From Pseudomonadota bacterium (GTDB lineage: Bacteria; Pseudomonadota; Alphaproteobacteria; Caulobacterales; Aquidulcibacteraceae), in contig JACQAC010000057.1 of assembly GCA_016195245.1 (NCBI GenBank), positions 1-51,437 of the forward strand: DNA of 51,437 nt. The letters are read 5' to 3'. Within the stretch, counting starts at the first letter, position 1; each line of letters begins with the position of its first letter. Made by a program: the position numbers and the translations under genes. This document shows positions 1 to 9,456 of the stretch, piece after piece. The notes below the pieces were generated by a model. That model saw nothing but the letters and a program-made list of their open reading frames with translations, was not told where the DNA came from and ran no database searches.

Positions 1-966
1 GATTTGGCGTTGGGCGCCATTGCGCTCTGCTTCGACGCGGGTTTCGTCGTCGCGTCGCGCTGCAACAAGCGGGCCTTGGCGCCATGGCTGGAAAAGCGGC
101 AGTCCGATACGCACTTCGACCGAGGCCATGTCGCCGAAAGAGGGATCGCGATGCTGGTATTGGAGCGACCACGACCAGTCGGGAACGCCTTCGGCTTCCG
201 CCGCGCGCACTTGGGCGTGCGCCAGATCGCGTTCCGCTGCATATGCGGCAAGCGCCGGATGTTGGACCAAACGGGCGCGCAAGCGATCGGCGTCGACTGC
301 AAAGCGCGGCGCTTCGACAGTGAGTGCTTCATCGGCTTCCGTGCCGATCCAGCGACGCAGCTCTTCGCGCGCGGCGACAATCGCCGCGCCTGCGTCGGCG
401 CGGCGGTCATCGATCCGTGCGGCTTCGACTTCGGCGGCGATGGCGTCCTCGACGCCGCCGCCTGCGGCAAGCCGGGCGCGCCCAGCAGCGGCGGATGCAT
501 GGGCTTCGCGCGCCAAGCGGTCGAGAGCAGTGACCCGCGCATTGGCGTAGTAGAGGTTGATCCAGGCGCGGGCTGCGTTCATGCGCGCGTCGAGTCGGGT
601 CACATCGAGGTTCGCTTCGGCGCGCTCGGCGTCCGCGCGCGCCACATCGGTTCTGGCGGCGAGCTTCCACGGGTTTGGCATGTCCTGCATCACGCCAACC
701 GTCTGCATGGTCATCTGATCGCGGTTGAGCCGATAGCGATCCGCCCCCTCGATCGGGATGTTCTGAAGCCCCAGTACCAATTGCGGGTCGGGCAATTGTC
801 CAGATGGCGTGATGGTGCGGCGCGCGCCGTCGGCGGCGGCGGTCGCTGCGGTTACGCTCGGCGCCTGCGTGCCTGCGTGCGCGACGGCGTCGGAAAGACT
901 GAGCGGTTGAGCGTGGGCGACCGGCGCCAAGCCGATCGCACAGCATAAGAGCCATGCCTTGCGCAT
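1..966 (-). CDS. TolC-family outer-membrane efflux protein (CusC/CzcC-like), 3' end outside window
   Basis: Not in the ORF track because it runs off the window edge. Manual translation from ATG at 966: MRKAWLLCCAIGLAPVAHAQPLSLSDAV...GQLPDPQLVLGLQNIPIEG...QMTMQTVGVMQDMPNPWKL...PDWSWSLQYQHRDPSFGDMASVEVRIGLPLFQ. Signal peptide plus OEP-type pattern; copper-gene context. Confidence 0.85.
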   Translation of the reverse strand, partial: MRKAWLLCCAIGLAPVAHAQPLSLSDAVAHAGTQAPSVTAATAAADGARRTITPSGQLPDPQLVLGLQNIPIEGADRYRLNRDQMTMQTVGVMQDMPNPWKLAARTDVARADAERAEANLDVTRLDARMNAARAWINLYYANARVTALDRLAREAHASAAAGRARLAAGGGVEDAIAAEVEAARIDDRRADAGAAIVAAREELRRWIGTEADEALTVEAPRFAVDADRLRARLVQHPALAAYAAERDLAHAQVRAAEAEGVPDWSWSLQYQHRDPSFGDMASVEVRIGLPLFQPWRQGPLVAARRDDETRVEAERNGAQRQI

Positions 967-1039
967 GTGTCTGCTCCAGAAGGACGTTATTTGGCGCACG
1001 CAAGCGCGTGGCTTGCAGCGCTAGGTCAGGTCTTCGGGA

Positions 1040-1384
1040 TCAGATCGTGCGTGGAGGTCGAAACACGCCGTCGAGCGCGGCGAGACTAGGCGGTTGCGCC
1101 GTCAAAGGCGCGCTCGCCGCTAGAATCATAGAGAGCGGAGCGCGCAGGCCTACCGCGCTCGCCGGCACGGCCTCAGCTGTGCGGCAGAGCTGCATCGCGG
1201 CGCAATCGCCAGTGCTCTTCGATTTTCCGTCGTTGCTTGGGGCAGGTCGTTGATCGGGGCAGTCGGGGCAGCAGGCGTGCGCCGCGATTTGCGGCGTTGG
1301 GCATGCTGCGGCGGCAGAGGCGGAGGCAAGACCGCTCAGAACCAAGGCTATTGCCGAGAACAGGGTTAACAGCACCCGATGCAT
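1040..1384 (-). CDS. Small exported Cys-rich protein, CopL/DUF2946-like metal-responsive leader protein
   Basis: Likely start MHRVLLTLF (ATG 1384). Signal peptide, HACCPDC and DCAAMQLC motifs, C-terminal FRPPRTI; lies 73 nt upstream of the TolC gene. Confidence 0.6.
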   Translation of the reverse strand: MHRVLLTLFSAIALVLSGLASASAAAACPTPQIAAHACCPDCPDQRPAPSNDGKSKSTGDCAAMQLCRTAEAVPASAVGLRAPLSMILAASAPLTAQPPSLAALDGVFRPPRTI

Positions 1385-1459
1385 GCAGCGATGATAGTGC
1401 AGAGCGGTCATCGGCGGGTCAATGCGGCGCTAAGCATCGGCGATTTTCTTCAGCGTCGG

Positions 1460-1485
1460 TGAGGGAGAACGCCATTGCGCGCGTA
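1460..1485 (+). promoter_or_regulatory. ECF-type promoter motif TGAGGGA-N15-CGTA (copy 3, antisense to copB)
   Basis: Exact match in both boxes and spacing to the copies at 5476-5501 and 6809-6834. Confidence 0.5.
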
Positions 1486-1556
1486 GCAGCGGGCTGAGTT
1501 CGGGCAATCTCATTGAACTGGCGCTTCCGGCGACCTTCGAAAACGCCCCGCGATAC

Positions 1557-2561
1557 TCAAAACCACGCGCGTATGCCGACGACGAAACTCGTCTGAGAGG
1601 GGTCTTCGCCTCGGGCGCGAGCGAAGTCGGCGGCCGCGTTGAATTTGCGATCGAATGAGACGCCGACATAGGGCGCAAACTCGCGGCGGATTTCGTAGCG
1701 CAGGCGCAAACCTGTTTCGAGACCTGAGAGCCCGCGCCCAGCGCCGATCTCTGGTGCGTCATTGGCCGAGAGATTGGCCTCGACCCGCGGCTGCAAGATG
1801 AGCTTCTGGGTGAGACGCAGATCGTATGTCCCTTCTAAGCGGCCCAAAACGTCGCCGTGGTCGGAGACGAACAATGCGGCGTTCACATCAAACCAATAGG
1901 GCGCGACGCCTTCAACGCCGAGCGCGGCGTAGGTGCGCTGCCGGCCTGGATCGAAATCGTGGCGCACGCCAGCTTGGAGATTGAAATAAGGGCCGATGGC
2001 GCGTGAATAGAGCGCCTGCACTTCGGCAGCATCGACGCTGCTTCGCGAACCTTCGCCTTCGGACTTCAAGACGAAGCGATCGATGTCGCCGCCGATCCAC
2101 GCCTCACCCTCCCAGCGATACCCGTCCTCGCCGTTGCGGAACTGATATTCCCCGAGATTGAGCATCACCTTCGAGATCAACGTGCCGCCATGTTCGTGGC
2201 GCAATTCATCGCGCGCATGCGCCATGATCGCTGGATCGAAATAGCGATCTGCGGCGTGATCGGTAGGCGCCGCCGGCGCTGGTTCATTGCCAACCGTTTC
2301 TTCAGCGGGTGTCTCGGCCATCGTCATACCCGGCATCGTTTCAGCTTGCGGCGCGCTTTGCGGCTGGGCGCCTGTTTGCGTTTGCCCTGCTGCCGCCGGC
2401 GGCGTGTGATGATGTGCGGGCGGATGAGGCGCAGGCGGATGGTGCGGCGGAGACGCAGGATGGGTCATGCCGGGCATGTTGGGCATGCCTGGAATCGACT
2501 GACTCCAGGCGGATCCGCTCGCGGCGAGTACAAATGCGGCAGTTAGGACCAACGGTCTCAT
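1557..2561 (-). CDS. copB: Copper resistance protein B
   Basis: Signal peptide, Met/His-rich N-terminus, WIGGDIDRFVLKSEGEG, GLRLRYEIRREFAPYVGV, C-terminal GIRAWF; overlaps the copA stop. Confidence 0.95.
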   Translation of the reverse strand: MRPLVLTAAFVLAASGSAWSQSIPGMPNMPGMTHPASPPHHPPAPHPPAHHHTPPAAAGQTQTGAQPQSAPQAETMPGMTMAETPAEETVGNEPAPAAPTDHAADRYFDPAIMAHARDELRHEHGGTLISKVMLNLGEYQFRNGEDGYRWEGEAWIGGDIDRFVLKSEGEGSRSSVDAAEVQALYSRAIGPYFNLQAGVRHDFDPGRQRTYAALGVEGVAPYWFDVNAALFVSDHGDVLGRLEGTYDLRLTQKLILQPRVEANLSANDAPEIGAGRGLSGLETGLRLRYEIRREFAPYVGVSFDRKFNAAADFARARGEDPSQTSFVVGIRAWF

Positions 2562-4342
2562 GTGTGCGGCTCATCGAGCGGGCGCACGCTGACGACGCGG
2601 AACATGCCGGCGTGCATGTGATAGAGCAGGTGGCAGTGAAACGCCCAATCGCCCGGCGCATTGGCGGTCAAATCGAACATCACTTTGCCGCCCGGCAACA
2701 CGTTGACGGTGTGCTTTCGCGGATGTTTGCCCGGCGGGCCCACCATCAGTTCGAAGAAGTGCCCGTGAATGTGGATCGGATGCGTCATCATCGAATCGTT
2801 GACCAGCGTCACGCGCACGCGTTCGTCGCGCCGGAACGGAATGGGCGCGGTCACTTCGGTGTAACGCTGGCCGTCGAAGCCCCACATAAAGCGCTCCATA
2901 TTGCCGGTCAGGTGCAATTCGAGCGAACGCGTGGGCGCGCGCGTGTCCGGGTTTTCCTCAAGCGCTTCGAGATCGGTATAGACGAGCACGCGATGATCGA
3001 CGTCGTCGAGGCCTTGACCGCGGTCGCCCATGCGATCGACAGCCATCGGTGCAATCATCTGCACGCCGGGTCCCATCACCACTTGCGGCGCGTTGGCCCC
3101 GTTGCGCATGGACATGTCCATGCCACCCATGTCCGTCGATGCGCCGCTACCGGTTGAACTTGCGCCGTGCCCGTTATGGCTGCTCGCATCGCCGCCGGGC
3201 CAACTCATCGACATGCTGCTCATGTCCATGCCCATGTCGCGCATGCTTGCAAGCGGGCGCGCTCTCAGCGGGGGAACTTCCGCAACCATACCGGCGCGCG
3301 GCGCGAGCGTGGCGCGGCCCATGCCGGAGCGGTCCACGGCTTCCGCAACCAGTGTGTAGGCGCGATCGCCACTGGGGCGCACGATCACGTCGTAGGTCTC
3401 CGCCACGGAGATCTGAAATTCGTCAGTCTCGACCGGCTTCACGTTTTGACCGTCAGCCTGCACCACTTGCAGCGGCAGGCCAGGGATGCGCACGTTGAAG
3501 ATAGTCATCGCCGAGGCGTTGATGAAACGCAGACGCACCCGCTCACCGGGTTCGAACAAGGCGGTCCAATTGTCGCGCGGGCCGTGGCCGTTGATGAGGA
3601 AGGTGTAGGTCGAGCCGGTGACGTCGGAAATGTCGGTTGGGTCCATGCGCATGCCGGCCCATTGCATGCGCTCGCTGAACGACTGGCCGCGTCCGGCCGC
3701 GAGATCGGCGACGGTCTGGCGCTGCATGTTGAAATGACCGGAATTCTGCTTCAGCCGCTCGAAGATCTCGTGCGCGTGCATGAAACTGAAGTCCGAGAGC
3801 ACCACGACATACTCACGGTCGTAGCCGATCGGATCGGCGCCGGCTGGATCGATAATGATTGGCCCGTAGTGGCCTTCTTGTTCCTGCAAGCCGGAATGGC
3901 TGTGGTACCAATAGGTGCCGGACTGGCGCACCGGAAAGTTGTACACAAAGGTCTCGCCCGGACGAATACCCGGGAAGCTCAGGCCTGGCACGCCGTCGAA
4001 TTGGTGCGGAACCAAGACGCCGTGCCAATGAACCGAAGTGTCTTCGGCAAGATGATTGGTCACGGCGATGCGCACGTTCTGCCCTTCGCGCAAGCGAATG
4101 AGCGGGGCTGGCACTGTGCCGTTGGTGGCGACGGCGTGACCCATGCGTCCATCGATCGAGACATGCGTCTCACCGACGGTGAGCGCGATGTCAGGTCCGG
4201 AAAGCGCTTCGGGAGAGCGCTGCGGCCCAGAGGGCAGTGACTGCGCCCAGGCAGGCAAGAAATTCGCAAGTCCCGCACCGGCGCTCAAGAGCGCGGCATT
4301 GCCAAGAAAGGCGCGGCGTCCAACTCGTTTCATGTCTCTCAT
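2558..4342 (-). CDS. copA: Copper-resistance multicopper oxidase
   Basis: Tat-like RRAFL signal; HWHG, WYHSH, HPIHIHGH and HCHLLYHM copper-binding motifs; Met-rich insert. Confidence 0.97.
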   Translation of the reverse strand: MRDMKRVGRRAFLGNAALLSAGAGLANFLPAWAQSLPSGPQRSPEALSGPDIALTVGETHVSIDGRMGHAVATNGTVPAPLIRLREGQNVRIAVTNHLAEDTSVHWHGVLVPHQFDGVPGLSFPGIRPGETFVYNFPVRQSGTYWYHSHSGLQEQEGHYGPIIIDPAGADPIGYDREYVVVLSDFSFMHAHEIFERLKQNSGHFNMQRQTVADLAAGRGQSFSERMQWAGMRMDPTDISDVTGSTYTFLINGHGPRDNWTALFEPGERVRLRFINASAMTIFNVRIPGLPLQVVQADGQNVKPVETDEFQISVAETYDVIVRPSGDRAYTLVAEAVDRSGMGRATLAPRAGMVAEVPPLRARPLASMRDMGMDMSSMSMSWPGGDASSHNGHGASSTGSGASTDMGGMDMSMRNGANAPQVVMGPGVQMIAPMAVDRMGDRGQGLDDVDHRVLVYTDLEALEENPDTRAPTRSLELHLTGNMERFMWGFDGQRYTEVTAPIPFRRDERVRVTLVNDSMMTHPIHIHGHFFELMVGPPGKHPRKHTVNVLPGGKVMFDLTANAPGDWAFHCHLLYHMHAGMFRVVSVRPLDEPHT

Positions 4343-4353
4343 TCCAAGAGGCG

Positions 4354-5070
4354 TCAGAACACTAAATGGTCTTCGCCGTGCGTGATGTTCCCGCCGAGAT
4401 AGGCTTGCGCCAAAATCACCAGCACCGACAACACCAGCACCACTTCATAGATTGGCGCGCTTGGCTTCTTGGCCGCCTCATCGGGTGGGCGTTTCAGCCA
4501 CCACGCCAACAGCAGCAACACCGGGAGTCCCGTTCCGATCCATCGGTGCCAAGTCAAAAACCATTTGTCGTCGGGAGCGGGCAGTCCCGCGTCGGCCCAG
4601 CCCATCGGCGCCGCGACAAAAGCGCTGAGCACGGCGAGCCCAAGAATGATCTTGTTGCTTGCGGCATAGACTGGCTTGCCGCGCATCGCTGCGGCGAGCT
4701 CCAGAAACGCCGCCGTGAGCAAGAGCGCGACGGGGAAATGAACGATGGCCGGGTGCCAGGCGCCGAGCCATGCGATCAAGCGTCCTGCGAAAGTGGTCGG
4801 ACGATCATGATGCATCTCCATCATGCCGCTGTCGCTGTCGGCGTCCTCGCTCGGCCAAGCGATTTGAGAAGCGTCCATCGGCGGCGCGCTTTGAGCGGGC
4901 GCGGCCGATGGCGTAGAGGTCGCGGTCGCGGGGGCTTGTTCCGCAGCCTCGTGTCGTTCGCCGTTATGTGCGAAGGCGGGTGCGCCCGGAGCGAGAACCA
5001 GCATCGAAAGGGCGCCAACGGCTAACGCGACAAAGATTGCGCTTCGCCAACCGATGCTTGCACGTCTCAT
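4354..5070 (-). CDS. DUF2231-type membrane protein
   Basis: HPAIVHFPVALL motif, about four TM helices with conserved His (WHRW, GGNITHG), His/Met-containing N-terminal extension. Confidence 0.7.
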   Translation of the reverse strand: MRRASIGWRSAIFVALAVGALSMLVLAPGAPAFAHNGERHEAAEQAPATATSTPSAAPAQSAPPMDASQIAWPSEDADSDSGMMEMHHDRPTTFAGRLIAWLGAWHPAIVHFPVALLLTAAFLELAAAMRGKPVYAASNKIILGLAVLSAFVAAPMGWADAGLPAPDDKWFLTWHRWIGTGLPVLLLLAWWLKRPPDEAAKKPSAPIYEVVLVLSVLVILAQAYLGGNITHGEDHLVF

Positions 5071-5100
5071 GCGTTCCTCCCGCTTCGTGCCAGCGCTGGA

Positions 5101-5433
5101 TCAGAGTGTGTGAATCTCTGAAACCATTGGATGGCCTTCATGGTTCACGAGCACGAAATGCACGTGCGCGCCGACCGCGATGCCGTTCAGCAATGTTGCG
5201 GACTGGACCGGAAAGGTCATGGTCATCGCCGGCCAGTGCAACGCGGCAATCGCCTCATGCTGTATGGTGACAGTGCCTTGCTGCACGTTAACAGCGCGTA
5301 CCACGCCTTGACCTTCGGCCGATTGTGGCGCGGCCTCGGTGTGATCGTGGCCGGCATGGGCGAACGCACTGGTGGCCGGGACCGCAGCGGCAAGCAACGT
5401 GGCGAGCGCCGCGGCGGCGAGGTTCAGTCTCAT
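5101..5433 (-). CDS. CusF-family periplasmic copper-binding protein
   Basis: Signal peptide from MRLNLAAAA; TIQHEAIAALHWPAMTMTF matches the CusF H...W.M.M site. Start could be 9 nt further upstream. Confidence 0.9.
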   Translation of the reverse strand: MRLNLAAAALATLLAAAVPATSAFAHAGHDHTEAAPQSAEGQGVVRAVNVQQGTVTIQHEAIAALHWPAMTMTFPVQSATLLNGIAVGAHVHFVLVNHEGHPMVSEIHTL

Positions 5434-5475
5434 CAATATCATCTCCCTCTTGGGTCTTTGATCCCTCAGCCATTC

Positions 5476-5501
5476 TACGCAGCCATGCCTCAATTCCCTC
5501 A
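5476..5501 (-). promoter_or_regulatory. ECF-type promoter TGAGGGA-N15-CGTA upstream of the cusF-like/DUF2231/copAB genes
   Basis: Minus strand reads TGAGGGA attgaggcatggctg CGTA; same boxes and spacing as the copy upstream of the anti-sigma gene. Confidence 0.7.
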
Positions 5502-5510
5502 AAGCGCGGT

Positions 5511-6062
5511 TCAAGTTCCACTGAGGGCGGCCTCCAGGGCCCGCTTGGCGCGGTACACCCGCACCTCAATGGCCTTTGGGCTCAAATTGAGCAACTCGGC
5601 GGCCTCCTTGTGGGACAGACCTTCAATCTGGGTGAGCAACAATGGTTCCTTGAGTGCGGCAGGGAGCGAGGCGATTGCGATGTCGAGCCGAGCCAGCGCC
5701 GGTTCATTGTTCTCTACGGCTGGCGTCTCAATGTTGAGTGACGATTCAAGCGCGCGAGCACCGTAGAAAAATCGCCTCACCTTGCGCCGCCGGCTCCAGT
5801 CCCTGCATTTGTTGAGGGCGATGCGCCGAAGCCAGCCAATGATCGGTTTATTGGCGTCGAAGTCCCGCATAGCGTTCCAGGCGGAGGCGAACGTCTCCTG
5901 CAGCAGGTCGTAGGCCTCGTCGTCATCGCCGACATAACGGCGGATGAGGCGATAGAGCCCATCCTTGTGCCGGCCCATCAATTCGCTGAACGACCGGCCA
6001 TCGCCGCCGAGGATCGCCGCGACAAGCGCTGCGTCATCGCGCTCGCGAGGCGTGTTCGTCAT
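5511..6062 (-). CDS. ECF RNA polymerase sigma factor (CnrH-like)
   Basis: Region 2 (EAYDLLQETF...WLRRIALNKCRD) and region 4 (EGLSHKEAAELLNLSPKAIEVRVYRAK). Confidence 0.92.
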   Translation of the reverse strand: MTNTPRERDDAALVAAILGGDGRSFSELMGRHKDGLYRLIRRYVGDDDEAYDLLQETFASAWNAMRDFDANKPIIGWLRRIALNKCRDWSRRRKVRRFFYGARALESSLNIETPAVENNEPALARLDIAIASLPAALKEPLLLTQIEGLSHKEAAELLNLSPKAIEVRVYRAKRALEAALSGT

Positions 6063-6499
6063 TGCTGCTCGGCGGTGAGCGCCGACACGACACTATTGTC
6101 GAAGACCTCTTTCTGTTGCGGCGTCAACACCTCGCGCATGGCAAACACGTGCTGGATCATCTCGGTCTGAAGCGCGCCCATAGCGTGATGAAAGCGCTCG
6201 ACCGCGGCCGACACGCGTGGGCCGTAGCCATGCTCCTCGCGAATAGCCGCCGCGAGCTCGACGTTGGCGGCTCGCATCTCGAGTTCTAGCGCCTGGCGAC
6301 GGGTGTGGAAATCGGCCTCTAGATTTTCTATGCGCCGCATCTGATCGGGCGTGAGGTTGAGCTCCGCGTGAATGACTTCATGCAGCGTGGGCGGATGATG
6401 GCTGCGTTCGAACACCAGCTTGCCGAGCCCAATCCCGGCAAAGCCGGCGACGAAGGCGACGAGCGCCGTGATCAATAAGCCGCGGACACGCGGCGTCAC
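6059..6499 (-). CDS. Periplasmic heavy-metal sensor (CnrX/NccX-like)
   Basis: GTG start at 6499 overlaps the upstream TGA (GTGA). N-terminal TM, LHEVIHAELNLTPDQ, HVFAMREVLTPQQ. Confidence 0.85.
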   Translation of the reverse strand: MTPRVRGLLITALVAFVAGFAGIGLGKLVFERSHHPPTLHEVIHAELNLTPDQMRRIENLEADFHTRRQALELEMRAANVELAAAIREEHGYGPRVSAAVERFHHAMGALQTEMIQHVFAMREVLTPQQKEVFDNSVVSALTAEQQ

Positions 6500-6771
6500 C
6501 GACCGTCCTCGAGGAGCGTCGACGGCGCGAAGGCTGGGCTGACCGAAAACGGCGAGTTCTCTCGTGCCGGCGCGGCCGCGGCGCCGCTGGCGAGCGCGCC
6601 TGTCATCAGCATCAGGGCGGCGATCGCGGCGCGCCAACTCCAAGCCTCGCGGAACGTGTCGCGGCCGAGTCGGTCGATTCGCGCCCAGACGGCCGGCTCC
6701 AATTGGGCGAGTCTCGGCTCGGCCTGAGCTTCGCGCAGGCGACGCAGAAGAAGGTCTAGATCAGAACTCAT
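6496..6771 (-). CDS. Single-pass anti-sigma factor (CnrY-like)
   Basis: 91 aa, one TM helix, C-terminal APSTLL; first gene of an anti-sigma/sensor/sigma triad. Confidence 0.75.
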   Translation of the reverse strand: MSSDLDLLLRRLREAQAEPRLAQLEPAVWARIDRLGRDTFREAWSWRAAIAALMLMTGALASGAAAAPARENSPFSVSPAFAPSTLLEDGR

Positions 6772-6808
6772 GTCGGAAAATCGATCCTCGAACGGCCCTC
6801 GAACACAA

Positions 6809-6834
6809 TACGCGCGCTCAGCGCCAATCCCTCA
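6809..6834 (-). promoter_or_regulatory. ECF-type autoregulatory promoter TGAGGGA-N15-CGTA
   Basis: Minus strand reads TGAGGGA ttggcgctgagcgcg CGTA, 37 nt upstream of the anti-sigma start. Confidence 0.7.
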
Positions 6835-6927
6835 TCGTGCGCGAGAAGCCCCGCCGCAATCAGGGTTGTGGCGCGCCCAGGTGGTCACTAGGCCCTCCAG
6901 CGGAGAAATGACGGATTTTCCCTCGAG

Positions 6928-7012
<85 letters not shown>

Positions 7013-7078
7013 ACAGACTGCGTGGTGAGCGCGGGGGTTTAAGGGAGGTGGCTCTGGGCGTCAATCGGCGTTGGATCA

Positions 7079-7172
7079 CTTGGACCGCCGGCGTCCTCGC
7101 CGGCGGTTTGTATCGGCTCGCCCCTATGGAAGCATCTGGCAGCACCTCCGGCGAGGACGCCGGCGGTCCAAG
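7079..7172. repeat. REP-doublet (REPIN-like) element with perfect 25-bp inverted repeat
   Basis: CTTGGACCGCCGGCGTCCTCGCCGG (7079-7103) is the exact reverse complement of 7148-7172; each arm is itself palindromic. Confidence 0.8.
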
Positions 7173-7193
7173 GTTTTGTGCTAAATTCCACTC

Positions 7194-7544
7194 ATGGAAG
7201 TCTCCATCTCCGGGCCCGGCGCATTTGCCCTGAACGTCGTCGGCGTTTCGCAATATCAGCGCGTGCTGGAGGTTGCCGCCGAGGAGGGCGTGGTCGAGGC
7301 TGTGCTGATGCGCGAGGACGACAATCCATACGACGACCAAGCCGTCGCGGTTTTTCTCGATGGCGAACGCGCCGGCTATCTCGCCCGCGCCGATGCGCGC
7401 CGCTACCGCGCCGACCTCGCCGCTGCCGGCGATGCAAATCTCAGCGTCCGCTGCGCCGCCAAGATCGTCGGCGGCTTCGAAACCAAAACCGGCGAGCGCG
7501 CGCATTTCGGCCTCAAGCTCGATCTGCCGCAGCTCTCCTCCTAA
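7194..7544 (+). CDS. HIRAN domain protein
   Basis: VVGVSQYQ...LMREDDNPYDDQAVAV...GYL pattern of HIRAN domains. Confidence 0.8.
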   Translation: MEVSISGPGAFALNVVGVSQYQRVLEVAAEEGVVEAVLMREDDNPYDDQAVAVFLDGERAGYLARADARRYRADLAAAGDANLSVRCAAKIVGGFETKTGERAHFGLKLDLPQLSS

Positions 7545-7647
7545 GCGCATTGGCGGCGTTTTAGCCCTTGCGGCAGGCTGATATGCGGAAATTGGCGGTG
7601 CGGAAGCTTGGCGTCCGGGGCGGGCGCCTATACCTACCGGCTCGAAA

Positions 7648-9453
7648 ATGACTCCTCGCGACCGCATCCGCAATTTTTCCATCGTGGCGCATATCGACCA
7701 TGGGAAATCCACGCTCTCCGATCGTTTGATCCAAACGACCGGCGGCCTCACCGCGCGCGAGATGACCGAGCAAGTGCTCGACAACATGGACATCGAGAAA
7801 GAACGCGGCATCACCATCAAGGCGCAAACCGTGCGCCTCAATTACAAGGCGAAAGACGGCAACGATTACGTCCTCAACCTGATGGACACGCCCGGTCACG
7901 TTGACTTCGCCTACGAAGTCAGCCGTTCACTCGCCGCCTGCGAAGGCGCGCTCTTGATCGTCGATGCGTCACAAGGCGTCGAAGCGCAGACGCTCGCCAA
8001 CGTTTATCAAGCGCTCGATCTCGATCTTGAGATCGTGCCAGTCATTAACAAGATCGATCTGCCGGCCGCCGAGCCCGATCGCGTCAAGCAGCAGATCGAG
8101 GACGTCATCGGCCTCGACGCCTCCAACGCCATCCTCGCCTCCGGCAAATCCGGGGAGGGCGTGCCCGAACTGCTCGAAGCCATCGTCACGCGCCTACCCG
8201 CGCCGAAATCTGGTGATCCGAATGCGCCTCTGAAAGCGCTGCTGGTCGATGCCTGGTACGACGCCTATCTCGGCGTCGTCGTGCTCTTCCGCGTCATCGA
8301 TGGCGTGGCGCGCAAAGGCATGCGCATCAAGCTGATGCAAACCGGCGCCGACTACGGCATCGATACGCTCGGTGTGCTCACCCCGCGCCGCATCGATGTC
8401 GCCGAGCTTGGCCCCGGCGAAATCGGCGTGCTCACCGCCTCCATCAAGGAGGTCGGCGACGCCCGCGTCGGCGACACCATCACCGAATATCGCCGCGAAA
8501 CGCATCACGCGCTGCCGGGCTTCAAGCCGGCGCAACCCGTCGTCTTCTGCGGACTCTTTCCCGTCGATGCCGCCAATTTCGAAGACCTACGCGCCGCCGT
8601 TGGGCGCCTGCGCCTCAACGACGCCAGCTTCAGCTACGAAATGGAAAGCTCCGCCGCCCTCGGCTTCGGCTTTCGCTGCGGTTTCCTTGGCCTCTTGCAC
8701 CTCGAAATCATCCAAGAGCGGCTGACGCGCGAGTTCAATCTCGATCTCATCGCCACCGCGCCCAGCGTCGTCTATCGCATCCATCTGAACGGCGGATCGG
8801 TGCTTGAATTGCACAATCCCGCCGACATGCCCGATCCCACTTTGATCAAGGAAATCGAGGAGCCGTGGATCAAAGCCACCATCCTCACGCCCGACGAATA
8901 TCTGGGCTCGATCCTGAAACTCTGTCAGGACCGGCGCGGCGTGCAGAAAGACTTAAGTTACGTCGGCAGCCGCGCCATGCTCGTCTATGAGCTGCCGCTC
9001 AACGAAGTGGTGTTCGATTTCTACGATCGCTTGAAGAGCGTCTCCCGCGGCTATGCCAGCTTCGACTATCAGATCATCGATCACCGGCCCGGCAATCTGG
9101 TGAAGATGCAGATCCTGGTGAACGACGAGCCGGTCGATGCGCTCTCCATGCTGGTGCACGCCGCCCGCGCCGAAAGCCGCGGCCGCGCCATGTGCGAGAA
9201 GCTCAAGGAGCTGATCCCGCAGCACCTGTTCAAGATTCCAATCCAGGCGGCAATCGGCGGCCGCATCATCGCCCGCGAAACCATCTCAGCGTTGCGCAAA
9301 GACGTGACGGCGAAGTGCTACGGCGGCGACGCCACCCGCAAACGCAAGCTCCTCGACAAACAAAAAGAGGGCAAGAAAAAGATGCGCCAGTTCGGGAAAG
9401 TCGACATCCCGCAGGAGGCGTTCATCGCAGCGTTGAAGATGGATGGGGATTGA
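7648..9453 (+). CDS. lepA: Translation elongation factor 4
   Basis: [50 protein letters not shown]. Confidence 0.99.
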   Translation: MTPRDRIRNFSIVAHIDHGKSTLSDRLIQTTGGLTAREMTEQVLDNMDIEKERGITIKAQTVRLNYKAKDGNDYVLNLMDTPGHVDFAYEVSRSLAACEGALLIVDASQGVEAQTLANVYQALDLDLEIVPVINKIDLPAAEPDRVKQQIEDVIGLDASNAILASGKSGEGVPELLEAIVTRLPAPKSGDPNAPLKALLVDAWYDAYLGVVVLFRVIDGVARKGMRIKLMQTGADYGIDTLGVLTPRRIDVAELGPGEIGVLTASIKEVGDARVGDTITEYRRETHHALPGFKPAQPVVFCGLFPVDAANFEDLRAAVGRLRLNDASFSYEMESSAALGFGFRCGFLGLLHLEIIQERLTREFNLDLIATAPSVVYRIHLNGGSVLELHNPADMPDPTLIKEIEEPWIKATILTPDEYLGSILKLCQDRRGVQKDLSYVGSRAMLVYELPLNEVVFDFYDRLKSVSRGYASFDYQIIDHRPGNLVKMQILVNDEPVDALSMLVHAARAESRGRAMCEKLKELIPQHLFKIPIQAAIGGRIIARETISALRKDVTAKCYGGDATRKRKLLDKQKEGKKKMRQFGKVDIPQEAFIAALKMDGD

Positions 9454-9456
9454 GTT

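Noticed and set aside
4-948. 314-aa + strand ORF
   Set aside because: Antisense shadow of the minus-strand TolC gene; no protein motifs.
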